Shown here: in pieces, positions 25,734 to 39,699 of the stretch | Numbering within the stretch: position 1 is the first letter of the stretch | Layout of the letters: the number at the start of each line of letters is the position of its first letter | Source: Diadema antillarum | Lineage: Eukaryota | DNA length: 64,000 nucleotides | Direction of reading: 5' to 3' | Assembly (NCBI RefSeq): GCF_040938485.1 | Contig: NW_027271164.1 | Location: 2,080,064-2,144,063, forward strand | The notes under the pieces: generated by a model | The model's input: the letters and a program-made list of their open reading frames with translations, nothing else | What the model was told of the DNA's origin: nothing | The model's database searches: none | Made by a program: the position numbers and the translations under genes

Positions 25734-26409
25734 CTGAATGCATATCATTTCACAACTGAGATTTTGGACTGGTAGAGGATGGTGAAAATGATGGTGATAA
25801 TGATAATAATGATAATGATGAGCAGCCTTTACATAGTACTATATGTCTGTAAAGAACATTAAAAGGCACCTGGCTCCCACTTTATATGTCACGTATTATT
25901 CACAAAGTTGCTGGATGAAACTTTACAATATTATGTAGAATGCATATCGCGTATTTCATAGCGTTTTACTACTGTGATAATTAGCATGGCTCCATTCCAG
26001 TCCATATTTAGTCAAGAATGTAGAACTTGCCATCCGCAAAGCACACGCCTTTTTTCCAGTTATTTTAATGCTTTTTTTGCCATATCGATATTGGCAAGAA
26101 AAAATTTGAAGTAAAGTCAACTGCTCAATGACATAGTTCTATTTGGACTGTGATCCCCTCTGTTATGTTCATGAGGTTACATGTACATCATGTTAGAAAT
26201 TATTTCAAGTGATCCTCAACTCCTTCCACAATGTTCTTCGTGTTCTCTTCTGTACGTACTCGTACATCATCTACGATAAATTTTACATATGTCATGGAAT
26301 ATCTGCCATGTGGTATCAGTACAGATTTCTATATTGGTTCCATGTTTTCTTATTCTATCATAGTTTAAGGTAACAAACAAAACCAAATCAAAGCTGTCAT
26401 TGTGCTTAC

Positions 26410-26604
26410 CCAGATTTTGCGAAGTTTGTCCAGAACTCCATAAATTTAACGGAGAGGGCGTTTTCCTCGTCGGTCATGTTATGTCCTTTGATGTGGTAGA
26501 GCTCATCTATGAAGGGGATTCCCCAGACAAAGGTGATGTCCTCAGCATGTCCCGCTCCAAGCCAGGGTGTCGTGGGGGCCAAACCCTGGTATTCCACATA
26601 GCTC
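26410..26604 (-). CDS. CESL-2 exon 8
   Basis: Peptide SYVEYQGLAPTTPWLGAGHAEDITFVWGIPFIDELYHIKGHNMTDEENALSVKFMEFWTNFAKSG. Donor GTAAGC. Confidence 0.8.
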
Positions 26605-27563
26605 CTGTACATCATAGTCGACAAATACACAGAAAAGAAACCCACTTTACACTGGCAGGGGCTGTTAGTAAGTATACACATGAACAATTTTTTTTTTTTA
26701 TTGGTATTCCAGGGACCTGTCTTATGAAGAGTTATAATTGATTAGGCCCTATAAAGTTGATTTATATGGTAAGTCTATGGCAGCCTTTGTAGTAAGGAAA
26801 TTTATAATCGGTTATATCTTTTGATAAAACGGAACCGGAATCAACAATCAACTAAATCAAAGTGGGTTTTATAGTGATTGACACACATGCTTCGCGGGGC
26901 AACGCGTAGTATTTGGTTATTCTGCTTGTCGGTCTCACCCGATTGGACGAAGAATTCAAGAGTTTTACTCGTTGGTTTTCCCTTGAATGGTAATGATCAA
27001 AATAACAATAATGACAACAATACGTTGCTTTTATAGAGTATCCCCGGATATTACCGCCATTGCGTATCAATGCTCTATTGCTATAATGCTAAAAATGTAA
27101 GTTATCGGAAGCAACATAATGGCAGGTAAACTGAAATATATAACTTTGCGCGAAGTGATAGGGAGGTACAGTTGTGTCAGTGCAAGAGTTTTTCCACTTG
27201 ATCCTTTTCAATGTTTCTCTTTAGTTTGATCAGGATCATCATTACGATAATAAAAGTGTGGAAAAATATTTTCACTGTCTTTAGAATGAAGCAGGCAAGG
27301 TAGCAAATAGCATAGTTTGGAAAGTAGATTTACTCAACACATGGATACTGAAATCAGAGAAGGACCAAGTTCTGCGCAATACACCATGCATAATTATGCG
27401 ATCATCATCCTCTTTTCAATTAAAGATGTGTTGATATTTCTGTGCAGTAAATTTCGATGTGCGATCACAATCCATGTTTTAATCTAAAAATTGGTGAATA
27501 TTTTGCTCTTATAGGAATGTATAAGTCTGGCATGAGATATACACGGTCATGGGCCTGGCTAAC

Positions 27564-28018
27564 CTTGTTGGTGCGTATGGCATGTAGTACTTATAAACAG
27601 TCCCTCCTGCTTGATAGTGCGCCCTCACGAGTGCATCAGTTGGACAGTTGAAAGCGAAATCGCCGAAAAATGCTACCAGGGCATCAAAATACGAGGCGTT
27701 GGTGTTATCGTAAGTCGCCCAGTGTGTGTACTCCTGATCCACTGAATTGAGTACTACTTCATCCGGAAGCACGTATGAAGTGAGATAAGTATGCATGCTG
27801 GCAAGGTATACTTCTCGGCTGACAGGGGGCGGTGTTGGGCTTCCAATATATTCCGCGGCTGCCTGGGTATAAAGAAATAGCGTCCCCTCGTCCTTGTTAA
27901 AGCCGGTAAGAATTGGAATCTTCGCAAAGTCTCCCTTCCGGTAGAGGTTTAACGGAGAATCCTCAAGAAAGACGCCATCCAGGGTGACAGGGTAAACTGA
28001 ATAATGGTCCGAGTAAAT
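27564..28018 (-). CDS. CESL-2 exon 7
   Basis: Peptide IYSDHYSVYPVTLDGVFLEDSPLNLYRKGDFAKIPILTGFNKDEGTLFLY...NCPTDALVRAHYQAGGTVYKYYMPYAPT. Donor GTTAGC. Confidence 0.75.
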
Positions 28019-28832
28019 CTTAAAGAGAAATGATAATGTTCGAGAAAATAAGTCATTCATTGATTTCATCTGTAAATATGCGTAGCAGTTATCAAATCAA
28101 AATGCTTGCCTGGAAAAGACGATTATTTAAGCATTTAAGATTGAGTTTTGACTTGCTCAAGTTCGACAAAATTCGTTATAAAACCATCGTTATGACGATA
28201 GTAAGCGTTAAAGAGATTTTAAACGATCACAGTGCAACACGCCTCCAACTTTCCTTCGGGTTTGAACCTCTTACAAAGGAGCCTGAAGGAAACTGTTGTT
28301 ATTGTTGTTGTTTTGTTGCTGACTTTATCAAATTATTACAAAAGTAAATGTAATACAAGGATGATGCCATTACAGATGACCATAAATATTGGGTGTATAT
28401 GCGCGCAAGGTAGAGTGGTGGGAATACAAATAGTAAGTCATTCAGACCCCAGTCAAGTACTGCATGTATCTGGTTATTAAACCGAACAAAATATTGTTAA
28501 AACTCTATAATGATGCATTGAGACGACAGCTATGTGCTATTTATCCGTTACTTTTATTGTATTTTTTACGAGGCAAGGAAGGCTTGGTTCACAAGACATA
28601 TATGAATTCATTGATGTAGTTCATGAACTTCGAGAACTTGAATCTTTTGACTGTCAAGTCACATATGCATTGTGTAATATAGGTATACCTACACAGGGGG
28701 AGTTCTGCTTGAAAAGACCACAGTACGAGGGAGTGAAACGAATTAATTATATCAAGTCATACATGTAGTTCATAAAGCAATGCAGTCTGTAGGTATCATA
28801 AACCTTGTACACTCATGATTGATAAGAGTTAC

Positions 28833-29000
28833 CTGATCAGCTGTGTTACTCAGGTTACGGGCATCTACTCCCCTCAGACACTCGACAAGGATAGATGATG
28901 TAGACACGTCACAGCCCAACGCTAGGCCCAGATCTCGGGATAGCCGTCGTTCTCTGTCCGGGTCATCTTCGAAGGCCCAGCTACTGAACACATTCCCACT
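28833..29000 (-). CDS. CESL-2 exon 6
   Basis: Peptide SGNVFSSWAFEDDPDRERRLSRDLGLALGCDVSTSSILVECLRGVDARNLSNTADQ. Donor GTAACT. Confidence 0.75.
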
Positions 29001-29566
29001 CTACAGCCAACGATAGCCAATATTAAAGGGATAGTGTGATGTGGTAAAATGAAGTTGGATCGACTACGTCAGCTGGAATATTTGTGTGTGTGTGTGTGTG
29101 TTTGTGTGTTTTGTTCAAAGTAATTTTATCGTGAAAAAGAGCGGCCTGATGTTGAATGAAATTCAAACAGAGAATATCATTAAAAAGTGTGCGTATATGT
29201 GTGTGCAAATGACACTAACACTGTGAAACATTTTATCAGTTTAACAGAAACAGAAATTAATGCAATCAACAATAGTATGTATCACATCACACGTTTTCTA
29301 TCGCTATATGAGAATCAATTTTGTTATTATTATTATTTTTAGAATGGTTTATTAGGTAAAAGTTTGCAAAATCGTAGCCCGAAGGCTAAAATACATTGCA
29401 CTGACAACTAGATACATTGAACTGTCATACACTACATCCACATTAAAAATCACAATCAGTCATAAAATATATTGCAAAAAAGAAAAATTACCACATAATA
29501 CTACACAGAAAAAAACCAAATCTATTCATACATCCCAATTGTATAAGATTATATGAATATATTTCA

Positions 29567-29959
<393 letters not shown>

Positions 29960-30028
29960 TTATCTTTAAATAGGTAGGCTTGCAATATATCAATGCTTTA
30001 CGTAATTAGTTGTCTTTTTTTTTCTTAC

Positions 30029-30106
30029 CTTCAATGTTTTCATAGATCCATTTAAGGGCTGCTGCTTGGTCGAGCATACCAACATTTCCCCGAGCTGAGT
30101 CATCCT
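30029..30106 (-). CDS. CESL-2 exon 4
   Basis: Peptide DDSARGNVGMLDQAAALKWIYENIE. Donor GTAAGA. Confidence 0.75.
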
Positions 30107-30143
30107 CTGGAAATAAAAATGCATTTCATTGTTTGTTATACAC

Positions 30144-30270
30144 AAAAACAAACAAACAAACAAACTAAAAATACAACCCCCCAAAAAAGACAATACCCAG
30201 AACAAAAAACAAAACAAAACAAAATAACAACAGCGACAAACAAACAAAAAAAGATGACAAACAACAACTA
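30144..30270. repeat. (CAAA)n-rich low-complexity tract, in CESL-2 intron 3
   Basis: Direct reading. Confidence 0.85.
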
Positions 30271-30664
30271 CCACATTGCCTCAATCAGTTGTCTTCGTTT
30301 TCCTAGTCTCCTAGTTTTAGTATAAAAGAACGAGAAGTGAAAATCACATGTCTGTAATCACAGAATTCTACAAATTGCCTATCGCTTAGGAATAATGTCT
30401 GGCAACTTCGGAGAACAATAATGAGCAATGTCCCTACTAACTCCACGGTCCTCTGAATGACGTTACTGAATGCGAAATAAGCTACCAAACAATGATTAGT
30501 GGGAAAAAATCTTCAGGAAGTGACAAATTGTATAGACGTCAGAAAAAGACATACTATCGAGTATTAAAGTCATCGCTTTACCATAGAGATAACAGCTCAT
30601 CTTACTGAAATTGGGGTTACAGGTTTTAGTTCCCATTCAATTGGCATGATATATTCATACTAAC

Positions 30665-30824
30665 CAGTGGAAAACTGTCCAAAGATCGCTAGTCTGTAGT
30701 TGATTGCTACAACAATGACGTCACCTACAACAGCCAATGGGACGCCGTAATGGTCATAGATCATTGCTGAGCCAGAGTTGAACGACCCCCCGTGAATCCA
30801 CACCATAACTGCCATGCCTGAAGT
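30665..30824 (-). CDS. CESL-2 exon 3
   Basis: Peptide [53 protein letters not shown]. The donor is GTTAGT, which is non-consensus. Confidence 0.7.
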
Positions 30825-31294
30825 CTTGAGTAAAACAATGATATGAATGCCATCAAAAAACAGAGAACCACTGTATACTTCACATACTGTATTTTTTTTC
30901 AAGACATGCGTTTTTGTACTTATGCATTAACTTATTTTCTATTGACATTCGGTACCTGAGGGGCCCACATTCTACAAGCTCTGTCTTCTTAGTGGTCCCT
31001 CAATTATTCGAAGTTTGCGTATTGCTATCTTATTTTCATCACTTTGATCTTTATGGCAATGTATAAGTAGTATAAGGTTCCATATTTCATACTCTCCTCA
31101 GTTTACTTTGTTTTGCTTATGAAACCTGATTCTCTGTTACCAAGAAAGGGAAATTTCTATGTTCTTTTCGAAAAATGAAATATAGCTTGAATTGAATTGA
31201 ATTGAATTGAATTGAATTGAATTAAAAAGAAATGCTTACATAATAATAATTCTATATCATTGTTACCATTGATTGTTCTTTCTTCTCTACATAC

Positions 31295-31468
31295 CCTTGA
31301 TGTCGGCGCGTAGACGTTCAGATAGAGGCAATCCTCGGAGGTAAAAAAGTCAAAAGTGTTGGTCTGCTCACAAGCAGGAGAAAACTCCGTGGCATTCCTT
31401 TCCCCTGACCATGACGTCATGTTTGTGGGCGGGGCAAATCGTATGGGCGGGGCCGCGTAAGGTACACC
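31295..31468 (-). CDS. CESL-2 exon 2
   Basis: Peptide [58 protein letters not shown]. Donor GTATGT. Confidence 0.75.
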
Positions 31469-33303
31469 CTGTAGGCATGATTAGCATCTTTCAGTCAGAA
31501 ACATTAAAAACACACCTAATCAATATTAGATATGTACAAATATTACTCCTCTGAACTTCGATATAACGTCCAATTTTCCTGTTATATACAGGTTGTACAT
31601 GCCTTATTCGAGTCATAAATCATTGATGATAGCAATCTTGATGTACGGCAGTCGGTCGCAGGCAAGATAATAGGGAGCTTTAGATTTTAGACGCGCGGAC
31701 GTTCAAAGGAAAAAAAACCATGATCTGAGCTTGCGCAGTAGCGCGCGTAAAGTCAATCTATTTTTAGCTTGCGTCGCCTGAGTTGTTTACTACGCGTAGT
31801 GGGCTATTTTCACGTCCGCACAGTTTGCGACGTAGAGAGCTTTTTCATGCACTGATCATATGGGGGCGCGATTTTATTTTTTATACGTTGCGTCCCAGCG
31901 TAATCTAAAGCTACTTTTCCACATGACGCAGGGAGAGGAGAACGTCCAGCGCAAGCGTCGGCTCAAACGTCCGCGCGTCAAAATCTAAAGCTCCCTAATA
32001 TGTGCACTGTGCTGGAATTAAGTTGTCGTTCAAAGTTTAATCAAATGGATTGTAAAAGAGTCCTTCAATACGCCATCAAGGGACATGACACCAAACGAAA
32101 CAAGTGTATAGATAATTGGTCTAAATTGATGCGGATTGTGTTGTTTTAGCCCATGGGCTCTATTTCTCGGAAACGTAACAACAAAATAATTTGTCATGAC
32201 CATGTCGTATTGACATTATTGATGTTCCTCTAGTTTGCCAGTAAACACAATTAACTTGCACAATTAACCAGAACTTACGACATGACCATGTAGGAAGAAA
32301 AAAAAAATGTCGCAAGACTTGACCTTAAAACATTTAAGTAGTGATATTATGTCCTTTGGCGTGGACATATCCCTTGTTCATATTTTAATTCTCGCGAGGT
32401 AGATTTTCTTATCGAGCATTACTGACAGGATATAGGATGAATTCCGGTCAGCCATGTCAATCCCCAAATCCAAATGAAAGTAAACCCTGGTTTGGTCTAC
32501 TACTTGAGTGAAAATGATAAGGATGTGATACAGTGGACTCCCGTTATAACATAGTCCTCGGGACAGGCAGTTTTTTTTTTCGTTATATCGAAATTTCGTT
32601 ACAACCGACCAGACAAACAATAAACACACACACACAGGGGATAATGTTACGGCATGAATTTTTACTTCGTGTTCAACTGAATTTCGTTATAACAGTGTTT
32701 ATTATATCCGGAGTGCGCTATAGTCACATGACCAAAACGAAACGGTGAATTCAAGATGCCATGCTTTTTCATATTCGACAACCAAGCTATTTCAACTTTA
32801 TCGATATCATGTGAACTACGTATTTCTTAAAGTGACTACTCTTTGTCTCTGTCCTTAACATCAAGTATTTTACAGAAAGGCAATCGACGAGAGAATGTCG
32901 AAGCCGTGAATTCTAGGACTCAATCCTGTGGAAAGAGGATTTTCTTTTGTCTCTAAATGTACCATAGTAACTGCATAATCGCTTCTTAACTATGATTATT
33001 GTTGTTGTAATCCCTGCTGCATAGACATGCATACTGTATATTATATCATTATTTCCCTTTTATATCTTTGTTTATGCAAGTCAAACGACTCTGGGTTGAA
33101 TTTACTTTGTATATTCCCTACATGTTCATGATTATGTAACTTATGTGTATTGATTTGCAGAAAATAAAGTATCTATCAATATCAATATCAATTTCAACTT
33201 TACAAAACGTCAAAGAGAGTAGCTATAATATTGTTCCTTTGTTGTCAAACAAAATGATTCGCGCCGTGATCGAGGAAAGAGAAACCCGAACATAAGGTCT
33301 TAC

Positions 33304-33465
33304 CAGAAACAAGTCGACATCTCGGGTCTTGTTGATGAACCTGTTTTCACTGAAAGTCACGGTCTTTCCTACCAGAATTCCTTCGTTGACGGTGACTCGT
33401 GGACCCTCAGCACTTGCCAGGCCCACTGTGATAATCATAACCAGCACAATTCGACGAAGCGCCAT
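33304..33465 (-). CDS. CESL-2 exon 1
   Basis: ATG at 33465. Peptide MALRRIVLVMIITVGLASAEGPRVTVNEGILVGKTVTFSENRFINKTRDVDLFL. Donor GTAAGA. Confidence 0.75.
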
Positions 33466-33943
33466 TTTTCCGAATGACGTGAAACTTGATTCAGATCCGC
33501 TCCTCGCCTTTCTTAGATTCATGTATTTCACTATATACTTGCGCTCAGAATATGGATTGCTCATACTTCTTAAGAGCGTGAGCGTGTTTGCGTGTGTTTC
33601 ATTTAACCTAATATTCAATATATTCGTTTTGAGGACCAGCGCAATACTTGGTTGAACTTTGTCCGGGCTTCTGTTGTCATATCAAAAAAAGGTCTGTAGT
33701 TCCATAATTGAATATTATGGTGGGTCAGGTGACTACCAAATTACAATGGCCGATGTTTTCAGAAGAGAATCCATGTTTACACAGTTATTTCATGGTATTT
33801 GTAGTACATCTGCAAGTTATTTGCACACCTTTCCTATACACACTCTAAAGCCTGTGTGTTTTGCTTCACGCAAGTTATACTGAAAACATATTGAAATCTC
33901 AATATTGAGGGAACGAATATTTGAATATTTATTATACTAATTT

Positions 33944-33945
<2 letters not shown>

Positions 33946-33978
<33 letters not shown>

Positions 33979-33982
33979 TGTG

Positions 33983-34013
<31 letters not shown>

Positions 34014-34134
34014 GTACATATATACTGTGTATATAAATATGTATATATAATTATATATTGTATATAATTTCCTTTCTCATATCTCCTATATATATATGAT
34101 TATATATATAAATATATATGCATATTTTATAATC

Positions 34135-34165
<31 letters not shown>

Positions 34166-34166
34166 C
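33946..34166. repeat. Compound (TA)n / (TATATA) / (GT)n microsatellite region in the CESL-2/CESL-3 intergenic spacer. (AC)n lies at 34324..34360.
   Basis: Direct reading. Confidence 0.9.
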
Positions 34167-36049
34167 GTTTTATTTTCCCCATATAGTTATGTTTAGTTCT
34201 CTTTTCATTGAACCAAGGAAACATTATCGTGATTATGTACATAATATATCCAGCAGGATGTTGAAAAAATACGAGGTCAGTGTGAAATGGATGTCCTTTT
34301 CCAATAACAAAAAAACAACAACAACACACACACACACACACACATACACATACACACAAAATCTTTCCGCCGCATTTCCAGCTCAGACTCTTTCCCCACA
34401 TGAAACAGGACAACTGTCCATATGATCTCTTTAATACGTGCTTCAGGCAAGCATAAATAAGTCTAGGTGACATTGTGATTCTTTAGCTGTGATGTTGACA
34501 GGATAAAGCCAAATATTGAAACTGGGTAAAAGTTCAAAATTTTCAATCTTTTCTCTGACGCATATATTGTAGCTGAATAAATATTCAAGTCCAAACGAGT
34601 CCAAGTGAAACTCGCGTTCAGTGAGTTGCATTTCCCTATATTTGAAACGTTCTCTTCAAACAGTGCAGTTCTGACGATGCTTCACACAGATATTGGTTTA
34701 CATTAGCATAAGCTCTCCTTTATTTGCGGGGAATTTCTGTATTGGATTAAATAAAGGATGAAAGAAATAAGAGTTGTATAAAAGAATGACTGAATGATGA
34801 TCGTCTCTTGTATGCGATGAATTTTGATCTGATATTGGCTGTAACTTGTGCTGTGAAATCACACCAATCACACCAGACAGATTTACTCTTATAGCCCAGA
34901 GATACACAATAACAGCGCACATTCGACTCTAAACTGAACACCATAGAAACAATACATAGTCTATGATATCAAGGGTCTCATCCATACATGAATGTAAAAA
35001 GGGTCTAATCCTTGGAATGAATTGACAAACTCCTCTTGTTCTTGGTATTCGAGGCAAAATAACCTAAATTACGAAAGAATATGATATACAGATTACGTCT
35101 ATTCAAACATATGTATCAATGCTTCCATGCTTATATTATTTGCATTTGTATTATAAATATCAGAAGAAAGTACATGGATATAGCAGCATTGCGTTTATCT
35201 TTAAATACCCGATTTTCATTCCCCCTCTCTCTTTTTCCATGTATTATTGCAAACGATTATTGATAAACATGTCTTATTTTTTGTTAGTATTTAGCCACTT
35301 AACAAAACAGACATGATTTTTTTTTCGTTATCGTGAATATGTTGTAAAGGAAGATATTCACGTCAATGGCTAAGAAATCATGACAGTCAAAGGTAGGAAA
35401 CTTTAAAAATGATACACAAAGACAACATCAAGGAGAGTTTCCCTTTTATTCGCTCCACTTAGGTCACTGCTAAATAATGTCACTAAAACTGCTTGACAGA
35501 GCAATACTGCATACGCAAAAGAGAAAGAACAGCGATAGGTAGAGAAAATATGTGAAAATTGAAGGCATTACGACACTTTACACCACATAAACTGGTGGCT
35601 GGGATTATGTACAGTCTTCTGTCACAACTTCAATTAACTGAAACCTTTACAGCTCTACTTTTATATTCATATTGTGTTACCATCACCAAAATGATGGATA
35701 AATTGTAACTAGCCTTGTAATTTTGAACTGTACCAGGAAAATGACATTATCGTATGATGTGTAAATTAGTGTTAGGTATATCTAGACGTGTACCCAAAAT
35801 TCGAAACCAAATTACATCCTAAACTGCTACAAAAAGTGATGACATTAGTTCAAGGACATGCAGCTGTAAAGGGATTCCAATATTATTCTAGTATATAGTA
35901 TCGATGTAATTGTGATAGCTTCATCATGAATTAATCAAACAAAACATAAACGACAAGACGACGAAACAATGAAGTACGCATACTAAGCCATGCTCGAGCT
36001 ATCACGTGACATTTTCTTTTGACAGGTTTGAGATTCGTGACAAAGAAGG

Positions 36050-36165
36050 TTAATTGCAGGTAGGTTCATTCTTGTATTCCTCAAACGCCTGCTGCCATGC
36101 TGTCATCTCAGTCTTCCAGTCATCATAAATTTCTCGCCATTCCTTCTCAGTGTCACTAATGTCGT
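36050..36165 (-). CDS. CESL-3 exon 10 (terminal)
   Basis: Peptide DDISDTEKEWREIYDDWKTEMTAWQQAFEEYKNEPTCN followed by a stop. Confidence 0.75.
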
Positions 36166-36764
36166 CTGGATAAAATGAACGTAAAACCAAGGTTTTTAAT
36201 CTGAGTATTTTCCTCTGTACAAAAATTCAGTACATGTAGTCGTATATATATTAATTTCTGTCCAGCCATTGAAAGACTGAAAATAGTGGTAAAAATATTG
36301 TATCATACGTGTTATAATGAATGATTTGACTGAGCGTAGCGCCAACAGTCTTACAATGTACACGAACAATAAAAGGAAGATCCGAGCGGTGTTGATTTTT
36401 CTGTTAATAAACGAAATGGTCAACCTTTTACAAGTAGGTCCTAAATATTTAAAACAAAAGTAGAGAGGGTATGTTTATTACTTCAGAAGACCAACTTTAA
36501 AATGGAATGAGCGTCTGCTCCTGACACCATGCCATATTAAGCATCTCATCATTCCAAGCATAGAATCCTTGTTATTTTGGTGTTTAATATCTATTCCTCC
36601 ACGTAAATACAACATTAGATATGTCTAGATCTGTGTATTATTCTTTATATAGACGGATATATCATGATCTATCACCTTTAAAATTAAACTGTGAGAGAAA
36701 GCCTGACCCTTAATGCATGTGCTTTGAGATGTAGCTAAACACAAAGACGAGGCATGAATGGTAC

Positions 36765-36946
36765 CTGTGAAGGCAGCGAGGGAAGGGATGTACTGGTTCC
36801 AGAAATGACACTGCCTGGCTCTGACAGCCCTCCCCGTGGGTAGCCCTACTGTCATCTCCTTGTATGTGAGGTCAGGAATGGTGTACTCTGGCCAGGCGTA
36901 CTGTCCTTCCCATGGGTCTGAATCCATGCTCGGCTTACTGGGATTT
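36765..36946 (-). CDS. CESL-3 exon 9
   Basis: Peptide NPSKPSMDSDPWEGQYAWPEYTIPDLTYKEMTVGLPTGRAVRARQCHFWNQYIPSLAAFT. Donor GTACCA. Confidence 0.7.
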
Positions 36947-37279
36947 CTTTGTAGAAGGAAACAGAAGGAAAACGGAAATCACTTTTTGCTTCTGTTTGTA
37001 ATGAAAACGTTATAAACCGAGCCTGAAGATTTATGTACCATTAGTTCACAACAGCAGGAAATCAAAGAATTTCAGTAGAACAATTCAAAAGTTGAAAGAA
37101 GTCCCAATATACATGGAAAATCTTGAACTGCTATAATCTTCCAAACATAGCCTGCATTAGTAAAACATATACATTTGAAAAAAAAAATATCATTGCCGCT
37201 TTGGGTGACATTTTACAATAAGTAATCTAATTGTAATCTGAATTAGTCTTACAGAAGACAAAGAACAAGGCGACCTTAC

Positions 37280-37474
37280 CCCGACTTTGCAAAGTTCGTC
37301 CAAAATTCCATGAACTTAACAGAGAGGGCGTTTTCATCTGCCGTCATGTTATGGCCCTTGATGTGATAAAGTTCGTCAATAAATGGAATACCCCATACGA
37401 ACGTCAGATCTTCTGAATGGGTTGCCCCAAGCCATGGAGTCGAGGGAACGATGTCTCCATACTGGAAATAGCTC
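37280..37474 (-). CDS. CESL-3 exon 8
   Basis: Peptide SYFQYGDIVPSTPWLGATHSEDLTFVWGIPFIDELYHIKGHNMTADENALSVKFMEFWTNFAKSG. Donor GTAAGG. Confidence 0.8.
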
Positions 37475-38415
37475 CTTAAAAAAGAAAACAGAAAAGGAGA
37501 GAAAGACTTGCACATATAGTATATAGGTGAAACTTGTCATAAACTGAACTGATAACTGTGGATCAAAAGTTATTTGGAAATTAAACTTATCCAAAATAGT
37601 AACGGTAATAATGATGATAATGTGTTCTCGTATTCATCATGAAATTAAAAAAAAAAACTACTATGGCTTCCAATTCCTGATACTTGCTAAACAAGCTCGG
37701 CGCATGTCTTTTCCATATCCATAAAATTAACGAGATGTACAAGATGATGATGATGACAGTAATGGCATTTAGAAAGTGCGGTATCGAGGTTGTTACAATT
37801 ACGAAGTGGGATTGGTAGAGTTCCACAGACGTAGTGCAACAGAAGAGAAGGCTCTACCCTCATAGACTTTTAGGCGGGTACTGGACACATGGAGAGTCAA
37901 TTTAGGGTAGGCCAACATAAAACAACAACAACAAACAAACAAAATGATGATGATAATAATAATAATACGTTGTAGTGTATACTTTTATAGCGCAACAGTC
38001 CATCAAAGAGATGCTCATGGCGCTTTTAGTCTTAAGGTTAGGAGAAGAAAAAAAAAGATGAACAAGAAGAAAAAGGAATTATGTGACATCTTCACTTTTT
38101 TGTTTCCTACAACATATTGAACAGATATGTTTTTAGAGATGTTTTAAATGATTCCACAGAGGATGATTGGCGAACAGTGACAGGGATATCTTTCCAAACT
38201 TTTGGTCCAATGCGGGAGAAAGAACGAGTTCACCATGAATGCTTAACCTTAGGTATCTGAAATGAAAAGTAAGTAGATGGTCGAAGTCTGCAAAGAGGGT
38301 TATAACAATATAAAGAATTCTGGATATACTCGGGTGCAGTCATAGGTAATTCAATACTGTCAAACTATAGGCAAATGAATATGTTACTGGAAAGAAAAGA
38401 AAAGTAAATGCTCAC

Positions 38416-38858
38416 TTGGTTGGTTGATGAGTCATGAAATATTGAAAGACAGGATAGCCAGCCTCGGCGTGCTCCCTGACCACCAGATCGGTCGGGCACC
38501 CGAAGTCCATGTCTCCGGACACGTCCACTATGGATCGGAAGTAGTCGGCCAAGGGGTCATCAGCCACAGTCCAGTCCACGTACTCATGTGTCGTAGCATC
38601 GACAATGATGGCGTCGTCCATTTCGACCCATGCGAGTGTGTTTTGAAGTATCTCATCAAACACGGTTCGATTGAGGTGCGGATGTTCCTCAGCTCCTGCG
38701 TAGGAGGGATAGGCGAAGTACACGAACAAGGCGGCTTTGTCCTTGTTGGATCCAACGAGGATTGGAACATCGGGAAAGTCTCCCTTGTTGTACATAGAGC
38801 GAGGGCTCTCCTGCAGAAACACCCCGTCTAGAATCACGGGATATCGGTCTGAATGAAT
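38416..38858 (-). CDS. CESL-3 exon 7 (catalytic Glu replaced: NKDKA)
   Basis: Peptide IHSDRYPVILDGVFLQESPRSMYNKGDFPDVPILVGSNKDKAALFVYF...GCPTDLVVREHAEAGYPVFQYFMTHQPT. Donor GTGAGC. Confidence 0.8.
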
Positions 38859-39418
38859 CTGGAAATGCCAAACGTTACAATTAGAAATTTATCTCGGGGT
38901 TTGGACAGTATCTCTAAGTGTAAGCAAACCTCCCACCTAACGTGTGCTGTAGGAGGAGAAAGAGATAAGTAAGAACACAGACATTCTTTCCCCATCATTT
39001 ACTCTCTTTTTTTTTGGGGGGGGGGGGGGTAATGCAAGAATTCTAATTCGCAGTCAAAATAAGAGTGGATTAAAATAATTCAAAGCGAAAAAGGCTATTT
39101 CTAAATCACAGTTTGCCGCATAACTTCCTTAAGTATTGGTCCAGGGCTCAGCAGTCAAGATATCAAGATGATATAAGTGAAAATGTTCTTGTTCACTATG
39201 TCGGTAAGACGTCCAATTGACTTTGCATCAGAATCGCAACATTTTCACATCAAGCAACTATGACCTAAATGCCGTTACGCAATACCGGTCTGTTTTTCAA
39301 AGGTTGTACGATCAAAAGTGCTGAATTCGGATCATTTTTACTACAGTGAAATGGAAAAATTAGTAAATGAAAGTAAGCAATGAGAAATTCGTGACTTTGA
39401 TCTCATTTTTTTTCTTAC

Positions 39419-39586
39419 CCTATCTCCAACTTCGCGTAGTTGAAGGGGATCCTTGGTTCTAAGGCACGACACCAATAGTTCTGAGGTGGACGTGTTACAC
39501 TCCATTGCTTCACCCACTTCTCTGGCTAACTCTCTCTCCAATTCAGGGTCATCTCTAAAGGCCCAGTTAGTCAGGGAAGTCCCACT
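39419..39586 (-). CDS. CESL-3 exon 6
   Basis: Peptide SGTSLTNWAFRDDPELERELAREVGEAMECNTSTSELLVSCLRTKDPLQLREVGDR. Donor GTAAGA. Confidence 0.75.
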
Positions 39587-39699
39587 CTGCACACAGAGAC
39601 AAGAAAGACGAAAACTACAACCATATTCACACAGTCTCTGATGTGTAAATATCAAGATATGGAAAAAAAAAAGGTTGACTATAAACGCTAAATACTTCT